Translations under genes and position numbers: made by a program | Assembly: GCF_016432865.1 (NCBI RefSeq) | Contig: NC_067404.1 | Location: forward strand, 83,328,001 to 83,392,000 | DNA: 64,000 nucleotides | Origin: Antechinus flavipes | Taxonomy: Eukaryota | Direction: 5' to 3' | Notes under the pieces: generated by a model | Seen by the model: only the letters and a program-made list of their open reading frames with translations | Databases searched by the model: none | Told to the model about the DNA's origin: nothing | Shown here: piece after piece, positions 60,301 through 64,000 of the stretch | Position numbering within the stretch: position 1 is the first letter of the stretch | Layout of the letters: the number at the start of each line of letters is the position of its first letter

Positions 60301-62329
60301 ACGCAACCTGAACCTGAATTTCCATTTCTTAAACATCTCTTTCAGATAATCGGCAGCCTTTCCCTGGAAATCTCAAGTGGGAGAGAGCAGCCCCCTCGTC
60401 TTGTGGACACAAACTCTTCTTGGCATATGGATACCCTGAGCGATCTGTGATTTCCCGGATGTGTATATTTCCTCTAATAGTGCAGATTTCAACCCATCCT
60501 GAGGAACTCTCGACATATCCTCCCATAGGTCCTCGATGGAGGCTCCATACAAAGAAGCAGGGTTAGGGTGGGCCCTCACTCCTCCCTCCCCCAGTCACAT
60601 TTCTGAGATATCCCATTCTGAGTTCTGGAACATTCAGGCTTTCATGGGAGCATCTATTCAGAGAGATCAGTTTATCTACTCCCTCTACTTATTTTCAGAT
60701 GAAGAAACTATGGCCTCCCGACTTGCCTGGAGTCACATGGCTAGGAAGTCATAGCACTGGGATTTGAGCATGGGGCCTCAGGACTCTACCTCCATTTGAC
60801 TTTCTACTGTATCACAGTGCTTTTCTCAGTTGTCCCAGACTTTACCCTATGTTTCTGAGCTCTCTACCTGCCTCCAACAGGCCTTCATTTTCTTACCTTT
60901 GCCCTATCAGCCTGCCCTGATCCCCAAGTGGTAAATAAACCTGGGTCCCCAGTTTCCAGAGCCAAGGCTCATTCCATGGTGTTCTGGGTTAGTCTATCTT
61001 TGCGCTCTCTCAGCACCCTGATTAATGGCTGGCAAATAGTAGGCATGGGATCCTGGATTTAGTTCACTGGTGAAGGGAAAGTGAGATGGTTTATTACCTG
61101 CTCTCCCTCTCCCCATCTTTTTTCTGTCTCCATCTTCCTCCCTCTCCTCTCTTTTCTCCTCCTTCCCCTCTCTCTATCTCTGATTTGGTCTCTCCCGCTG
61201 TGTCTCCCTTTCTCTGTCTCTCCATCCCTCTCTGTCTGCCTATCTGTCCCCTTCTCCCTCCACTTGAATAGCCCTGCTTCTCCACCCACAATGTCGGGGC
61301 GGCCTCTTCTCATCCTTGAGCCAGCAGCCGCCTCGGGTGGGAGCTTCTGGGGGGTTAGAGCAGCTCTCTAGCCCGAGGTTACCCTCTCCAGGGCTCAGAG
61401 GCCTCTTCTCCTGGCTCGTAGGCCCGTTGATAAGTCTTTTCCTGCCCCGGTAAGCATGATCTCTCAGATGCCCTTGTGCCTATCTGCCTATTGACTCCAC
61501 CAGCCATGTTGTGCCTCCTATTGGACCCAGGCCAGAGCTATTGCCTAAAGAGGTTGTACTTGTACCAACAACCAGCTAGGACCTGTCTGCTGGCCTTATT
61601 CTCCACTATTATCCAGCTACAGGCAAGGGTCTCCTAGCAGGGAGAGTCCCGGGCTTTCCTGTTTCAGGGTGTGGCTGAAACTTCCTAAGGTCTCATGTAG
61701 TAATGGGAAGGATTCAAATGAATGCCCCCCCTGGTTGGGGGATGGGGAGGGGAGGGAAAAGGGGGAACAAGACTGTACAGATAAAGGAGGGGGATTTGCT
61801 ATGGAGAAAACAAGTGGACAATATAGTTGGCCCCCAGTTCCTTGGTCAGGGTTACCTCTTCCCCTGTCACCCCTTAGCAGATACTGACCAGGAACTGCTC
61901 CTGTTCTGCCCTGAGAAGGGTCCTGGGATTCAGGGGAGAGGGCAAATTGGGATTTGGTAGCTACCAGATTGAGATTAGATTACCAGAATTGGAAATGGAT
62001 GGATTAGATGGCAAAGGGATTGTATCCAGAGAAGAATAGAGAATTGATAGTTTAGCTTTAGTAGAAGGAGACTTAACAGTGAAATTAGGGAAAGAGAGGA
62101 GGCTGAACCGTTCTTCACAGCAGAGAAGTGGGGAGCTCATTTACAATGCTAAAAGCAGTCACTGGGGTCCTTGGTTTTCCTTAACTGCCTTTCTTGATTA
62201 TAAGGGAAGGTTCATTTGGGGTGGGGTGGGGAGAGGTGAATATCTGGAAATGACTGTGATGGATAACCAAAAGGCATCAATAAAACGTAATGTTTTGTTT
62301 TGTTTTTTACAAATAGCTTTTGTATTTCA

Positions 62330-64000
62330 AAAATGAAAAGCAATAATTAGGAGCTATTTTTGCCCAACTGTATGACAATAAATCTGACAATCTAAGTAAG
62401 ATGGATGAGTATATACAAAAATATAAATTGCCCAGATTAACAGAAGAGGAAATAAAATACTTAACTTACCCCATTTAAAAAAAAGAAATTGAACAAGCCA
62501 TCAATGAACTCTCTAAGAAAAAAATCTCCAGGGCCAGATGGATTTACAAGTGAATTCTACCAGACATTTAAAGAACAATTATTTCCAATACTATATAAAC
62601 TATTTGGAAAAATAGATGGAGTCCTGCCAATTTCTTTGGTGCTGATACTTAAACCAGGAAGATCCAAAACAGAGAAAGAAAATTGTAGACCAATTTCACT
62701 AAAGAATATTGAGGCATAAAATTTAAATAAAAGATTAGCAAAGAGATTACAGCAATTTATCAGCAGAATAATACATTATGACCATGTATATTTATTGTAT
62801 ATCTAATTTATATTTTAATATATTTAACATCTTCTGGTCATCCTGCCATCTTGGGGAGGGGGTGGGGGGAAAGAGGGGAAAAATTGGAACAAAAGGTTTG
62901 GCAATTGTCAGTGCTGTAAAATTACCCATGCATATAATTTGTAAATAAAAAGCTATTAAAAAATACATTATGACCAAATGGGATTTATACCAGGCATGCG
63001 GGGTTGGTTCAATATCAGGAAAACTAGAAGCATAAATGACTATGTCAGTAATGAAACTAACAGAAATCATATGATAATCTCAAATGCAGAAAAAGCTTTT
63101 GACAAAACATAGCATTCCTATTGAAACGTGAGAGAGCATAAGAATAAATGTAGTTTTCCTTAAAATGATAAGTGGTTTCTATCTAAAACTATCCACAAGC
63201 ATTATGTATAATGGGGATAAGCCAGAAGCATTCCCAATAAGATCAGGAGTGAAACACGGCTCTCCATTATCACTGCTATTATTCAATATTGTACTAGAAA
63301 TGTTAGCTTTAGTAATGAAAAGAAAAAGAAATCAAAGGAATTAGAATGGACAATGAGGAAACAAAACTATCACTCTTTGTAGAGATGATGGTATACTTAG
63401 AGAATCCTAAAAAACTACCTGACACAATTAACAACTTTAGCAAAGTTTTAGGATATAAAGTAAGCCCACATAAACCATTGACATTTCTACATAATACCAG
63501 CAGTGAGAAAATTCCATTTAAAATAAATGTGAACATTAGAAATGTGAACATTTGCCAAGATAAACCCAGGAACTTTATGAACATAATTACAAAATATTTT
63601 TCACACAAATAAAGTCAGATCTAAATAATTGGGAAATTTTTTGTAATGATTCCCAAAGGCCACTGTCTCTAATGGATCTGTTTCCCAAAGAGGGAAAAGG
63701 ACCCACAGGTGCAAAAATGTTTGTAGCAATTCTTTTTGTAGTGAAAAGGAACAGGAAACTGGGTGGCTGCCAATCAGTTGGGGAATGGCTGAATAAGTTA
63801 TCATACATAAATATAATGGAATATTATTGTTCTATAAGAAATGATAAACAGGCTGATTTCAGAAAAGCTTGGAAGGACTTATGGGAACTGATGAAAAGTG
63901 AAGTGAGTAGATCCAAGAGAACATTGTACACAGTAACAAAAATATTATGTGATGATCAACTATGGTAGACTTGGTTCTTTTCAACAATGAGGTGATTCAA
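62330..64000 (+). mobile_element. Degraded L1 ORF2 (RT region onward) with a nested younger L1 3' tail
   Basis: Peptides [19 protein letters not shown] and [12 protein letters not shown], plus ORF2 C-terminal KMFVAILFVV...GEWLNKL; many frameshifts and deletions. Confidence 0.9.
62785..62961 (+). mobile_element. Short L1 3'-tail insertion with 15-bp TSD nested in the older L1
   Basis: TSD AATACATTATGACCA at 62770-62784 and 62962-62976; ends with AATAAAAAGCTATTAAAA. Confidence 0.8.

Noticed and set aside
56400-64000. 3' exons of AWAT1, the next gene expected by synteny
   Set aside because: No acyltransferase-like peptide was found on either strand in the ORF track or by inspection; it probably lies beyond the window.

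Overview
Eukaryotic (mammalian) genomic DNA, not prokaryotic. The SINE/L1/hAT repeat content points to a marsupial, probably a dasyurid (inference). The window is syntenic with human Xq13.1. I built exon models by hand, checking GT-AG boundaries and phase continuity. They give: the 5' part of KIF4A (minus strand, 6 coding exons, running off the left edge); PDZD11 (plus, complete, 140 aa), head-to-head with KIF4A on a CpG-island promoter; a complete RAB41/RAB6-like GTPase gene (minus, 8 exons, 235 aa); complete cone arrestin ARR3 (minus, 16 coding exons, 394 aa); and P2RY4 with a single-exon CDS (plus, 348 aa). Most ORFs in the supplied track are artefacts of introns, repeats or the N gap (29086-29654). 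The most unusual items are: a ~7 kb layered higher-order tandem array filling KIF4A intron 1; a RAB41 that still looks like a canonical RAB6; an orphan CCAAT-rich CpG-island promoter between two converging 3' ends; an intact 190-bp hAT MITE resembling the horizontally transferred OC1 family; an Arg-to-Gln change at the polar-core position of the ARR3 C-tail; a shortened P2RY4 tail; and an unexplained 214-bp duplication abutting an L1 5' junction. All family and ortholog comparisons are from recalled sequences, not database searches.
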